Shown here: positions 38,155 through 51,641 of the stretch, in pieces | Position numbering within the stretch: the stretch's first letter is position 1 | Layout: each line of letters begins with the position of its first letter | NCBI RefSeq assembly: GCF_036321535.1 | Contig: NC_087436.1 | Span: 77,626,001 to 77,690,000 of the forward strand | DNA from: Camelus dromedarius | Taxonomy: Eukaryota | Direction: 5' to 3' | Length of the DNA: 64,000 nucleotides | Made by a program: the position numbers and the translations under genes | Notes under the pieces: generated by a model | Databases searched by the model: none | What the model was told of the DNA's origin: nothing | The model's input: the letters and a program-made list of their open reading frames with translations, nothing else

Positions 38155-38289
38155 TCAAACAGGCAAAAGGCCTTCTAAACACTTTAAGCATATGCTATAC
38201 ATGCACTCTCTTTAAAAAAAATAGAATTTCTAAGAATCTTTTTTTCCCACAGCATCTTCACAGAAAAGACGTGTAAGTATAACATTTGT

Positions 38290-39468
38290 CTAATGGAGTG
38301 GATCATGAATTCATACATAGGAAACTCACAAAGTTTTTAAAGGAAATGTATCAGCTTGGAATACAGAGAGACAAACTGGAAAAAGGCATCTCTACCACTA
38401 AATGTTTACAGGCAGGAGACAGGCTAAGAAGTCAACTCAGTTGGAAATATCAGACATATCTTACAGAAGAAAAAAAGGGTAACTCAGAGGCAGAACCAAG
38501 ATTCTACCTGGTGGAGCCAAACACTATGGAGAACAATTCACAGGGAGTAGGACTGAGCCTTAAGCAGAGAAATGGTAACAAGTTTCAGAATTCTACAGAT
38601 CAGTGCTGCTTTGTGCCTCTCATGTTCTCCCTCTCAGAATACAAGGATCTGTTGTTATCCTTCAATTGTCTCACAATTCTGATGAGTATGGGGACAGATA
38701 ACTTGTTAACTTAGTTCACAGACTTTCTGACCTAAAAGAATGTGTCCAAAGAGTTACACCTGAGGAACCTCATCCATACCTGAATTGAATTTAGATGACA
38801 AGATCCCAGACTTGAGCAAAGTCTGAGGTAATGAGATGATATTTTTAGGGAGGTTCTTGAGAGGGAATAAGTTTATTTTGCACATGGCAGTAATATAAAT
38901 AGTCTGTAGCCAGAAAGTGGGTTCTGGCAGTTTTAAAACTTGCTTGCAAATTCTTTGAAACTCTCCTCATTAAGAACTGGAGTTTATATTCCCTCCCCTC
39001 AAATCTGGTGGGCTTGCATTTCCACCAATAGAGTATGGCAGAAATGATGCTACGTGACTCCAAGGCTGGTTCATAAAGTTTATATAGCTTCTGTTTGTTG
39101 GCTGGAATACCTGCTCTTGAAGCCCCAAGGCACCACAAAATGCACTGGTCTACTCTATGGACATCATAACGGGAGGCATTCAAATCATGCTGAGGATGTG
39201 TATGGGCATGCAGAACAGCAGTCTTAGTCTTTGAGTAGTCCCAGCCTGGGTTCCAGATACACGGGTCAACAAGGCTCCCAGCCATTGAGTCACCCCCATC
39301 TCTGACTCTTTCTGCTTGATGCCCCAGATACTGTGGTACAGATGAAAAACCATACTTGCCATGTGCTGTCCAAATTCCTGACTCACAGACTCATGAAGAA
39401 GAATAAAATGGTGTTCCAAGCAATTAAGTTGTGAGTTAATTTGTTATATTGTTATAGCAACTGGAACT
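38290..39468 (+). mobile_element. MaLR element: probable internal 3' part (about 38290-38915) plus MLT1 LTR (about 38920-39468)
   Basis: ccaatagagtatggcagaaatgatgctacgtgactccaaggc...ccaaattcctgactcacag...aataaaatggt...taatttgttat...aactggaac. Confidence 0.65.
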
Positions 39469-40224
39469 AAGCCATGGAAAACCATCACAGCAACTGAGAA
39501 TGAAAGGCATATTTTTGAGGCCAATATTTAGCTTTGAAGGCAGTCAATAGGCAGTGTGTTTATAATTATTTTAGATTCTCGTATGAATGAGATAATGGAT
39601 GTAAATACTCATAGTATAATACCTGGCAATAAAAAACAAAGATTTATTATTATGCCAAAAGAAATATATGTATATGTTTATTTCCAAATGGTTATTTTCA
39701 ATGACCCACAAGTAATAATAGTCTGGCCCAATGTTCCAAAGCTTTACATATACCATCTGTAAGTTATAGACGAATAAAGATGTGGTTTGTTATTATCCAA
39801 GGTCACACAAATCTGGGCAGAGCAGGAATTCAAACCCATTTTTTTTTTTTACTCCAAATCTCTTACTTTTCACCACTACATTCTCCTCCCTCCAGACATT
39901 TTAATATTTAGAGAAAAGATTAAGAAACTACCCTTGTGAAAACTTGGCCCCAAAGAGAAGAGGCTCAAGAATGAAAAATTAACTTTGCACCCAGAAAAGA
40001 GATATTAGGAACGCTTTAATGATTAGGAATATGATGGGTCTGTATATAAAGGGATCATTTTGTGTATTTTCTAAGAATATATATATATATCCTTAATTTA
40101 TAAAAAATTAAAATTTAGAAACTTAGGTGAGAAGAGAGCTCTTAATAAAGCACTTATTTTGGTGAGAGTTCACCATATTCACTAAGATTTGATTAACCAT
40201 CTTTACTTTATGATTTAAAAAAAG

Positions 40225-42545
40225 AGAAAAGATTGATACTGAATTTAATTGGCACAACTGTGCATACAGATACAATCTGACAGATAAGGTTCAGGACGAA
40301 GTGGTTATTAAGGCCCCTTCAATTCTAACAGAGATAGTAACAGTAGCTCCCATCCATGCAGAACTGATTATTTCATTCATATTGGCAAAGGACTCTCTAA
40401 ATATCAATTCACTCCCCAAAACAGGACTCTAAAGTAGCTATTACTTTACTGTGCCTTTTTTTTTTTTCACAGGTGAGAAAGCTAGTACTCAAAAAAGGGG
40501 AGTCATTTTCTCAAGGTCACCCAGCTAGGAAATAGCAGAATTGGGATTATGGGTCAATCTCTCATTTCTTCATCTTTATAAAGTACTCTAAAGAAAACAC
40601 AATAAAATCACATGTGGAGATTGTATACTGACATGGCCAATCAGAGCCAAAATAAACCTGTAGTCCTCTAAGTTGGTTTTTATTTGTGTATATGTAAGTC
40701 TTTTTTGAATTACAACTATTGACCACCTTTGAGAATATCATTGCTAGAATAACTGTACAGTTCTAATATCCACCCAATACATACTTTTCCTCCATTTATA
40801 GGTGGGTAATTTAAAAATATATACATGGAAAAACATACAGTGCCTACAAACCAAATGCAAATAAAAATCTTTTAAAAATCTTAGAAATTCATTAAGCAGG
40901 TTATGTCAATCCTATTAAAAATGGTTCTTCTATGTACAATGCATAATCTTTAAAAATACTACTCCAGGAAACAAAAATTCTTTGGTTCAGCAAAATGATT
41001 CTAAATGTGGAAATTTAATTTGTTAAGGATGCATCTTCTTGGGTTGGACCTCACGTATCTGATTCAACACTCCCAGAAGCACATAGCAGACTCCCTGAAT
41101 GCTGAAAAGATGGGTGGAGTGTGGGTAGAGGCTGCTTTTCCTACAGAACATTAGCATATGAAAATATAACCAGAAGCTTGAGTAATGCAGGAACTTAGAC
41201 ATTATTTTTACTCTGCCAGATCAAAGAGAGAGAGAGTTTGTTTCCCATCCATTTGGGAAGGAGGCTGCAGAAGTGATTATGGTCAATACATAAAAACATC
41301 CTACTAGTAAAGTTCTTAGGTACTGGCGTCCAATGTTATGGAAACAAATCTATTTATTAATTGGAAGACTGCAGGAGGAGACAGGAGGGGGACAGATGCT
41401 GGAAGTCCCTTTACTGTCCCATCATTTCTCTAAAGGCTTGCTTGCCTTAAAATCTACAACTATAAACACGCCCATGACTCAAATGTCCTTAAAAAGAGTT
41501 ATTAATGCAGCCATGATTGGGTGTGCATCAACATTTGCCAAGGGGATTTCCATTAAAAATTAACTGTGGTTATTCTATATTCTTGGTTTATTAATAGCAA
41601 CAATCACAGAACTGGCCAAAATAGCTCAGAGTTTCAGCCTTCTTACCTATTAGAATTTATTCTCCATATTTAATGGGAAGGAAACACCTTCACAATTTGT
41701 TCCTGCATGCTCTCTAATTTGACTGTGAAAATATTTCATACATAAGATCAAACCTTTCCAGAGGCCCATCACTGAACCACACATTATAACCACCTTTAAC
41801 AAGGCTTTTGAAAAGTTGCTGAGGTATCATGGCTGGTCACTGGAGAATGAAAAATATTTTTTGCTTTGTTTATTTTTTTCTAAGTTCCCCAATAGAACAG
41901 AATCACCTGGCTAGATGAATGAACTCATGTATGTTAGGAAGTCGTACCACTGACTAATACTCAAGCCTGCCCTTCCCGGTACTAGTATCAGAAGCGTATT
42001 AATATATTTCTAGGTTGGACACTGGTGAAAATCAAGAGCTTCTATTGACTACCAAGTTTCCTGAAAATCATGACTTCAAGATGCCCTAATGCTTACGTGA
42101 GGTGGTTGAGAGTAGGGGAAATCTTCTAAAATTCACCCTTGTTCTTCCTTCTATTTGAATGACTTAGTTGCTCAAGGGCAAGACACTTTTTAAACCTTAC
42201 CAGGACTCAAAGGAGACAAAGGGACGGAGCAGTAGGTTGCAGAGCAAACGATGTCCCTTTAACAGAAATAGTTCTGACTTTGGAAGGGGAAGAGGATAGC
42301 CTACAACACTGGAGAGAAGCAGAGAATGGAATACATGAATAATTCACAGCATCTAAATGAGACGTGATCATTCAGAACCACCTCCACACCCACTGTTTCC
42401 CACTCCCAGCTCATGGGCAGGGATTTCTTTTCTCTAATGGTCTTCCCAAAGATAGCATAACACGACAAAGAGAAGTAATCAGGGTTGGGTTGTTGGTCCT
42501 CAGAGTCCTCTTGTGCAGTGGAGGCGGTCATCCTCTTCTCTTCCG
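40225..42545 (-). other. PRKG2: Probable PRKG2 3'UTR with several candidate poly(A) signals
   Basis: Follows the stop codon. Minus-strand AATAAA at 41587-41592 and 40679-40684; ATTAAA at 40244-40249 followed by a U-rich tract. The end point is inferred. Confidence 0.5.
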
Positions 42546-42641
42546 TCAGAAGTCTTTATCCCAGCCTGACAGCTCATCTGGAGGCACTCCCTTCTCAGGA
42601 GGATACTTGTCAAAGTAGCTGTGATCTGTGGGTCCACTGAG
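42546..42641 (-). CDS. PRKG2: PRKG2 terminal coding exon (AGC kinase C-tail)
   Basis: LSGPTDHSYFDKYPPEKGVPPDELSGWDKDF followed by TGA; acceptor ctactag|CTC; 96 bp. Confidence 0.97.
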   Translation of the reverse strand, partial: LSGPTDHSYFDKYPPEKGVPPDELSGWDKDF

Positions 42642-44156
42642 CTAGTAGACAGGATTGAACCAGAGGTGAGGATAATGCTGACTAAGCATGCTAGTGCATA
42701 TGGGGGATTCTTTCTACATCTGAACACTGATGTTACACTGCAACCACTTGTAAGGTACATATAAGGAAAAGATGACCAGTTATCCTTTCTGAATCACACT
42801 CTTAGACTCGTGAGATCTCCCCTTTGGAACAAATGGATTGGGTCCCTGAATTACATTCAATAAGAACAACCTGACCTGAGGACTTATTTCTGAAAGAAAA
42901 GGCGACAGAAACAATGTCTTCTTTTTTTTTTTTCAAACTAGAAAACATTTTAAAAGGGAATATTAAAAAATCAAAATTAGACAGAATCCTTCTTCCACTT
43001 TATAAGAGCTTCTTACTAATCTTAAATTTTGATATGGTTAATTGACCCATATAAAATCTCCAGAATGTCAAAGGGAAAAATTTAAACATTAGTGATCCTG
43101 TTGAGAGAGCAAAGTGACTCTGGTAATAATTTACTTTGCAAATCAAGTGGTTTCCAATTCTTTGCTTTGAAATAATTTTCAGTAGTACCAAACTGAATTA
43201 TCAGCTGATAGATCACTAACAATACCATTAACGATCGATCACAATGTGTTTTTTGGGGGGACAAGGAGACTATTCAGAGGTGTCCAAAGTGGCATTGCTA
43301 TTATAAAACCCTCAACTCTCATTATTTATGGAAACACAACTCTTAACCTCTGTATAAAATAATTTTATATTTATATTTTATATAAAATAATATATATTTT
43401 ATATAAAATAATATATATTTATATTAGGTATCTGCCTCTGTATAAAAATAATTTTAAAAAGAAATAGAATTTATATGGAGTCTGACCCCATTTCTAAGTA
43501 AATTATATTTATTTACAAGTTCATTACATAATTTTTCAAAATATTTTTGTTTAATAATTACTTAAAATTTTTATAAGATTTATGCTGTTTGATACTGCAT
43601 GCTATAAAAACGTAATTGTAAGTGAATCTGAAAGAAATATTTGTTGCCAGAAAAACTTTTGTTGTCACAAAAAAATGTTAATTTATAAAACTAAAATTGA
43701 AAAGCACTTAAAGAATGATCAATAGAAGACCATCAACCATAAAAATCTTTTACGTTAGGATGGACTTTTATAGGGAACGTGTAATGGAAAAGTGGAAATA
43801 AGAGTTCAGAGAGAAAAGGAATGATGTAATATTTCTGCCTGTATTTTTTTAAACGACTGATGAGTTTCAAATTGCCATGGCATTTAGATTACATTGCATA
43901 TATTTAAAGGGGTGAAGTAACAATAACGTTTTACTTTAAAATATCAATATTTGCAACATACTAGAAATTATATTCTCCACAATGATTTAAACTTTTATGA
44001 TGAAAAAAAAAATCAGATGTCAATCTAAAAATGTACAAAGAAAGACACAGATCTTCAAAAGTCCGCTACAGAGAACACAGCATAAAGTCTGTAGGATGCG
44101 GACTAGACCACTCCTGAGACATTCTTCCCCACAACTTGGCAGGTGTTCTGCTTTCT

Positions 44157-44450
44157 CTAGAGCTGTGCTGTCCAACCAAGTGTGGTGACTGAGCAGTGGA
44201 AATGTGGCCACTCAGAACTGAGATGTGCTCAAAGTGGGAAATCAGCTTGAGATTTTGAAAATTTAGTATGAAAAAAATAAATGTAACATCTCATTAGTAT
44301 TAGTCATTAGTGTGTAGAGTACATATTGAAATAACAGCATTTTAACATATTATGATAATTAAAATTAATTTCACCCACTTCTTTTTAATATGGCTACTAG
44401 AAAAATTTTAAATTATCTACAGGCGCACATTATATTTCTATAACCAGCAG
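44157..44450. mobile_element. MER33-like hAT-Charlie MITE in the last PRKG2 intron
   Basis: gctgtgctgtccaa...ggaaatgtggcc...aactgagatgtgct...taaaattaatttcacc...tggctactagaaaa...cacattatatttcta. Confidence 0.75.
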
Positions 44451-44702
44451 TCAGCCTGACCAATGCTGACTACCATGAGACTTAGATTTACATGTCATCG
44501 TTTCCTAAGAGCTGAGCTAATGTCCATCAAGTAGGTAAAACTATTTAGACCCTATAATCACAAATGCTATGAGATTTTCACTTAAATTTAAAAACTAGTT
44601 CAAAACTTTTAACCTATTACACACCCACACACACACCTGAAATCTGTTTATAAAAACAAATACTTAGAAAAAATCAGGAGAGAAATACAGCAGATACCAT
44701 AC

Positions 44703-44769
44703 CTCTCTTTGTAAAGGTGATGGAAGGTTCCGTGCTTTCAGTCCCTCCCAATTAAAACCGTTTAACCAC
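44703..44769 (-). CDS. PRKG2: PRKG2 penultimate coding exon
   Basis: (R)WLNGFNWEGLKARNLPSPLQRE; acceptor tttctcag|G, donor GAG|GTATGG; 67 bp. Confidence 0.96.
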
Positions 44770-45473
44770 CTGAGAAATGAGAAAAGAACAGGCGAATATT
44801 ACTCGTGTGATGAACTATTAGCATGTCAAGTTAGCGGTCAACCCATTTTGTCGCTTGCTCCCTGCCTGCAATGCAACTGCCAGTTATTGGAGGAAAATAT
44901 TCAACCATTTTCACATCTGTGTGTGTCTCACTTTAAACCCATGCCCGCTAACGTCAAGGGGGCACTCAGTGCTGCCCAGCAGTCAGTCTAGAGTTTCCTG
45001 ATGTACCACTTACTGTCGCACTCCCTGAGACTCATAATTCACATTTTGTCCTTTCTCCTCAAACTTCCAGAAACTCCTCTCCATCCTCACTCCCAAATGA
45101 TGCCCTGGCTTCCTATTTCACTAAGAAAATTGGAGCAGAAAAGGGAACTTCTACAACTGTCCACCAGCATCCCTGTCTACTTACCCACATCTGTGCTCTG
45201 CTTCTCTCCTGTACCATAAAGGAACTGCCTTTGCCTCTAGCTAAGGTCACCTGTGCCCCTGCTCCTGCAGACACTTCCTTGTTCAGCCATGCTCCTTAAA
45301 TTCTCCTCTCTCCTCAATCTTTCACATCATCTTTGCTGGGTCATTCTAATCAGTAAGAAAACACTGAAATTCTTCCAACAACAAAATGCTCTCCCTTGAC
45401 CTGAATTCCCCTTCGACTCTCCTCCATTTCTCTTTTCCCGTTGGGGGAAAACTTGAAGGAGTAATCTAATCAC

Positions 45474-46178
45474 TGTATCAGCTGCAGACAAAAACTGTTG
45501 CTTGCCATCCAGTAAACAACGAATATTGTCCAACATCAAGCCATCAGCCACTGCAGCCTCCAACAGTGTACCCTGAGGGGAATTCAGGATGGAGAGAAAC
45601 AGGATACTGGCCCTAGAGAGTTAAGATGCACATCTAAGTAATAATTTGAAGGAGCCCAGATGCTTCTATCTTCCCATGTATAGAAAAGCAGTAAGTCACT
45701 AACTTGAGATGTCTGAATTTGTGAGTCACAGAAATCCTTTTTTTTCTTTTTGTTTTTAAATTTAGGTATAATTGCTGTACAGTATTATATAAGTTATAGG
45801 TGTACAATATACTGATGCACAATTTTAAAGGTTATACTCCATGTATAATTATTATAAAGTATTGGCTTTATTTCTGATGTTGTACAATACATCCTTGTAG
45901 CTTATTTTACACTTAACAGTTTGTCCTTCTTACCCACCTACCCCTGTGTTGCCCCTCCGCCCTTCGGCAGTGATCTTTTGATGTCCTACTACATGGTTTG
46001 TTTGTTGTTATTGTTGTCTTTCTAGCAAAAACTACTATGTATCTTGGCTCCTCCCTTACTTCTTTGGAACAGTTCCTCAGGGTTATCTGAGAGGCTGTCT
46101 CCTGGGCTATAGTCCTTAGTAAGGTCTCTGAATAACATGACTTGTGACTTTTAGGTTGTGCGTTTTCTTCAGTCAACA
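45474..46178 (+). mobile_element. ERV1-type (MER41-like) solo LTR split by an antisense L1 3' fragment (about 45738-45965)
   Basis: The 3' part ctttggaacagttcctcagggttatctgagaggctgtctcctgggctatagtcc...ttcttcagtcaaCA is MER41-like. The internal poly-T plus aggtataattgctgtacagtattatataagtt is an L1 tail. Left boundary approximate; no clean TSD seen. Confidence 0.7.
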
Positions 46179-49100
46179 CTACCCATTTTCTCCTGGCCAC
46201 ACTGCAGTCAGGCTTCACCCCCTCCATCCCATCCAATCACCTCAATTCTCAGTTTTAATATCACTACTAACAGCATTTGCCAGAGCTCCTCACTCACACA
46301 CCCTGAAACACCCTCCTCACTTGGCTTCTGACACGTGCTTTCATCCTGGTTATCCTCCTGCCTTCTTGGGTGCTTTCTCTCATTTCCCACTATTTCCATG
46401 TGAAGCTGGTGGACTCTGGGGCTCAGTCCTTGGACCTCTTCTTTTATAAACTACTTTCACTTTCTAGATAATCTCATTCAGCTCGGTGGTTTTAAAGAGC
46501 ATTTATAAACTAGTCACTCCCAAATTTCTGTTTCCATCCAAGACCTCCCCATTGCTTTACAAGCTAATATCTACAACTGCCATCGATCATCTCCCCACTT
46601 CGTGTCTAATGAGCATCTAGCATGTGTCAGGTCCACAGTGAAGCTCCAATTTTCCCTATCAAACTTGCCTCAGCCCTTTCAGTTTCTCCAACCAAAGACC
46701 TTGGAGTTATCCTTTCTCTCACACCCTATCTCAGTCCAGAAGCAAATCTTATCAGTGTTACCTTCACAATACGTCGGTATTCAGAACCTGACAAATACTC
46801 AACACCTTTGCTCTACCAGCGTGGGCCAAGCCACTATTATTATAATAACCTCCTAACAGGTCCTCTGCTTTTGTCTGTGGGAAACAATTAGCAAGGGCGA
46901 TCGTTTAAAACATCAGTCAGGTCACATCACGGCTTTGGTTCAAAACTGCCAGTGCTTCCAGTTTCAGCGTAAAAGGTGAAGTCTTCACTAGGCCTTTATT
47001 ATAACCCATAAACGGTACAGAATCACCTTCCCCTCTCCCCCCCACCTTACCACCGGCCGACATTCCTCTTTCTCCCTCCCTGGCTCATTCGTCTCCTCAA
47101 CATTCTTCCAACAAGCTAGGGATGCCCCCACTTCAAGACCTTTGCGCTCAGGCCCCTGCAGCTGAATGGCTCTTTCCCCAGGTCTCCACTGGGTGTGTCC
47201 CCTCAGCACCATCAGGCATTTTCTCAAAGCTCGTCGTCTTAATGAGGCCTTCTTTGGCCATCCAGTCCAACACTGCAACCCCCCAACCCCTCCCCCATGC
47301 TTCTCATCCTCCTTCCCTACTTTATTTTCTCTCCTTAGCACTTCCTGCTCTCTGAAGTACCTACTACACACTTGACTTAATTATCTTCTTTATTTTCTAT
47401 CTCCCCTATAGAAGGCAAGTTCCACAAAAGCAGGGGTTTTTGTCTTATTTTATTTCCTCTTGTGTCCCTAATACTCGGAATGATTCTTGGCACAAATAGG
47501 GGATCAAATAAATGTATGTTGCATAACTGAGTGACTCTACAAGAGAAGACGCTTACATAGAACCTCCAACTGCCATAAACGTAAAACATCACACCGCCGT
47601 CGTGGTGATGCTCTTGGTGAAATGCATCTAAAAAGCTCCAAGATAAAAGGTACTTTATGGTAATCTGTAATGGGATTAAGCTGATGGCCGGATGAAGTAC
47701 TTTTATTTATTGCTTCCAAATCATTAGTCTAAAAGGGCAGATCTGATCTTTAGGATACATATCAGCAAAGGCTTGGTGGGCTGGAAATGCAACACCAGAA
47801 GCGAGGAGGCCTTGCTTCTCCCAGACAGAAACAATGTACTCTGTCTCTCAGAATCTTACAAAGAACAAGGAGTAATACTGTTCCACAGCCACTCATCTTT
47901 TCCAATGGCACACTGAGGTCAGGTCAACCAGCTAACAAAAGTGTAGGGAAAATCAGTTTAGTTCCAGGCATCAAAAACAACAAAGACCCTGATTTTAGGA
48001 TATTTTTATTTTGGTAGAAGGTGACAAATAATCAAACAAAAAAGTGAACAACACAAATACTTCAGTTAATTTCAGATACTAACAAGGACTAGGAAGATAA
48101 AAGAGAGTCAAGTGGTAGATGATGACCGGGCTGGGAGTGGGCTGGGAGGCGCTGCTTCAGCTTGGCTGGTATCTGCAGAAGTGCTATGTGAATTAAGGCC
48201 AGAAGGAGGAGAAGGGGAAGCCATGGAAAGATGTGTGGCCATGGCCTTTATGGAAGTGCGTGCCTGGTACGAGCTGAAGTGTGATGGGTGGAGGGGAAAC
48301 TAGAAAACAATATGATGCCTGAGAACCGACCAGAAGCCAGATCCTGCACGGTCTGGTGGAACACAGCAAGGAATCAAGATTTTATGCTTATCGGGAAGCC
48401 GTTAGAAAGTTCTAAGGAAGTGATGGCAATCTAAATGTGCTTTCCCAAGATGATTCTCGCTGCTTTGTGAAGAACAACCACAGGGGGGCGCAATGGGGCA
48501 GGGTGGTGGTGGGAGGTGTGTACTGAAGGCTGGGAGACTTGAGGAGGCTGTCACAGTCCTGCCTGTCAACCGTACTCGAAGTTATGCTTTTCCAGCTTTT
48601 TCAATCTCTTCCCACCTGTAGAGTTCGTTTTGGGTCACTCCTTGACTGGATTTCCCATTCCAGGTCTAAGCTTAGCAAGCAGAAAAGTACTAAAAACAGA
48701 GAGGCGCTAGTACATTCCATCTCGGATGCCATTCTTAACCCAAAGTGCCATGTGGGTCTAAACTGCCGAGACTCTCATCAAAGAGTGCGAGTCAGACAGA
48801 CATTCACGCGGCATGACCTCCCCTGTCCTTGCTGCAAAACCACTGAAGCCCTCTCCTCCATTTACCATCATCAGCTTCTTTGCTCAGATCGAGACTCCAT
48901 TGTTAGGGATTTCTAGGCACGCAGTTCTGTGGATTCTTTTCTTTTGCCATCAAATATCATCACAATGCCTTTTCACATATTTCACAATGCTCTCTACCCA
49001 GAAGCTACTCCATAAATATTAATAAAAATCATTACTGTGACTCTACTGAATCAAAGAGCCTATACATTCTTGCTGAGTACTTGTTACAGTTTGACTTCTG

Positions 49101-51578
49101 GCAATATTTACTTAACATGAGTGGCTATTCACTTAACACTTGGCCTTTTTGACACTAACCACATTTTAAGTAATCCAAATGCCAGCATGCACTCGTGTGT
49201 GAAAAATATTCACTAAAGAAATATTAGCAGCAACTGCACATAAATTGCTTCTTCATTTTTAAAAGACTTGTAAGCTATTCTTGAGAGTAATTTTAGAGAC
49301 TAGAACTATTAAAGGTAACATTAAGAGACTTGAAACAAATTACTCCTCCACCTAGCAGCAAAGATTTAATTACACCCTACAAATACATGACCCCTCTTTT
49401 CAGATAGGGGCTAGGAGACATGATTGGTGCCTAGTTTATAAATTAACTCATAAATAGGAGGGGAGAACTCTATTTTCAGGAAAGATGATTCAACACAGAC
49501 TGAACAAACATGGAACAGTATGCCAGGTTTAACTGTATTATTTTTAAATACAAAATTTAAGTAAATAATTCTCTAAGGAAAAAAATTAGAGTGGGAAAAT
49601 CTGATGGCAAACCTTAAAAAAGAATTTTTTTTTTTTAAATTCCAAGAATATAGTTGGTAGAGATGCTACATGCCTTGGAGGAAGGTTTTGGAACACTCCT
49701 ACTTCAAAGAAGAAAGAGATCTGTTTTTCAGACCTCCCTGACCCAGCTTTGTATCTTAGAAGCACTATGAAAATGAGGTGAAATAACGTCTTTGAGCCCC
49801 CTGGGCTCATCGGAAGCTACTGTGTAAATCTGGTACATCTTACTAGTGAACTCTGCCCTACACACTGCGCTCCGATGCTTCAGTTACTTGGCAAAGAACA
49901 CTCTGTCTGTTAAGAAGAGCGGGCAGATTAATCCCTATGGGGAAGGAAATTCAAAATTCTTCATTACCACGCTGAGGTGAGAAAATCCTTTAGCATCAAT
50001 TTGCATGTGCATCCAATCACAATTTGACAGTTACATTTAAATGAGCCTCAGGTAAATAAGAAGTAAGAGCTAAAACTGGAACCTGTTAACAATTACATCA
50101 CTTCTATTTCCCAACTGCCCCAGAGCAAAACACGAAGAGGAAGACGGTTCTTTAATGAGACAAAAGAGGAAAACACATTGGAAGAGGGACTTTAATTGAC
50201 AGGACACTTGTTTGTTCAATACGAATGGTGTGTTTATGTGTTATTTTATAATGAGAAAAGAAATTGTGGTAACAGCATGTAGGAAGAAAGACAAATTGGA
50301 ATCTAAGACAAAGAATAAGCTTTACATTGAAGACAATCTAAAGGATGGCAAAGAACAATAAAATACACTAAGCATTTTGATGTCTGTAAAATCCACAGAT
50401 GTTCTGTTTGTCTCCATCTCTCCCTCCCTCCTTTCCTCTTCTCCCCTTCCTGATCCATCCTGAAGGCAGAGCGCGATATGAATTTACAATGTTGAATACA
50501 TGGCTTTATTTCAAGAACGTTCATGAATAGCTAGAGCAGGGTTGGCAGCTTGGGGATTTTTTTTTTTTTGAAGCTGCACCACTACTGTTCAGAAAAAGAA
50601 GAGCGTTTCTATACAGCAGCATCTCCCCCTTTATTTTCACACTGTGTTCATGTGCCCCTAGTTCTTCAGTGAATATATCCAGAGAGGAATAAAATACTGG
50701 AAGGTGTTTTCATTTCTGAAAGTGAACACAGCAGCGTGCTCAAAGGTTTTCAATAACAAAATTCTCACATTTATTTTCTGTACTATCAATAGGTGAGATT
50801 TCACAAGTCGTAAGCAAAATTGAAACATCTTGAAGACTGCAGGATTTAGCTAAGCATCGATTAAAAAAATTCTCCAAGATCTGAGCATCCACATATGAAC
50901 AACCAAATCAGACAGTGTACATTATGGGAGTTCTTGATGATTTTAAAGGCCAGCTTTAGAAATTCACAGACCTGAAAAGGTCCATGTTAGATTACTACCC
51001 AAGGATAACACATTGCCTGAGGTGTCGTGGGAATCAATGTACCTTACCCAAAGAGTAAAATACAGCATGAGGCTTCAAACTGTGGAGAGCCAGTCAAAGG
51101 AAAAGTGTATTTAAACTAAATATATAATATTAATTAACAATTAAATAGAATACTATTTAACTGTTGATTTTGCTGACCCATTCTCTTGCATACTGACAAC
51201 CTTGACTGTATCCTACTTTCATTACAAATCTAATGTCAAAATTGGAACCTAATTCCTTTATAGAATCCAAGTTAATATTTTAAAAAGTTAAGGATAGCAG
51301 CCAATAAGAAGCTAAGTTGTTATAACTTGAAAATGTAATTTATAATTTGTTTTATTACTTCATCCATACTTGATATGAATTTCCAGCATTAGTGAAATCA
51401 CTTTGCGACTGATCATTGTTATTGTAGCCAATAAAACACAAATTAAAAATAAAGCACCAAAAAGGAAAAACTGAGCATCTGTGTAGGGATCTTTGCAGCA
51501 TATTGAGAGAAGCTGCAAGATTACCAAGCTTTACAAACAAATCTCTATAGTCTTCTGGGCAGAGAAGTAACTATGTAC

Positions 51579-51641
51579 CTGTGTTTCTTAATGTCATTGA
51601 TGCCATTCTTCAGATTTCCTAGTCTCTCGGTTGGATTTTGC
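51579..51641 (-). CDS. PRKG2: PRKG2 coding exon, third from last
   Basis: (R)QNPTERLGNLKNGINDIKKH(R); acceptor tactacag|G, donor AG|GTACAT; 63 bp. Confidence 0.96.

Noticed and set aside
38286..39285. ORFs of 142 and 146 aa (likewise 53487-53948 and 46988-47371)
   Set aside because: They lie within decayed MaLR or L2 sequence and show no recognisable domains or splice context.
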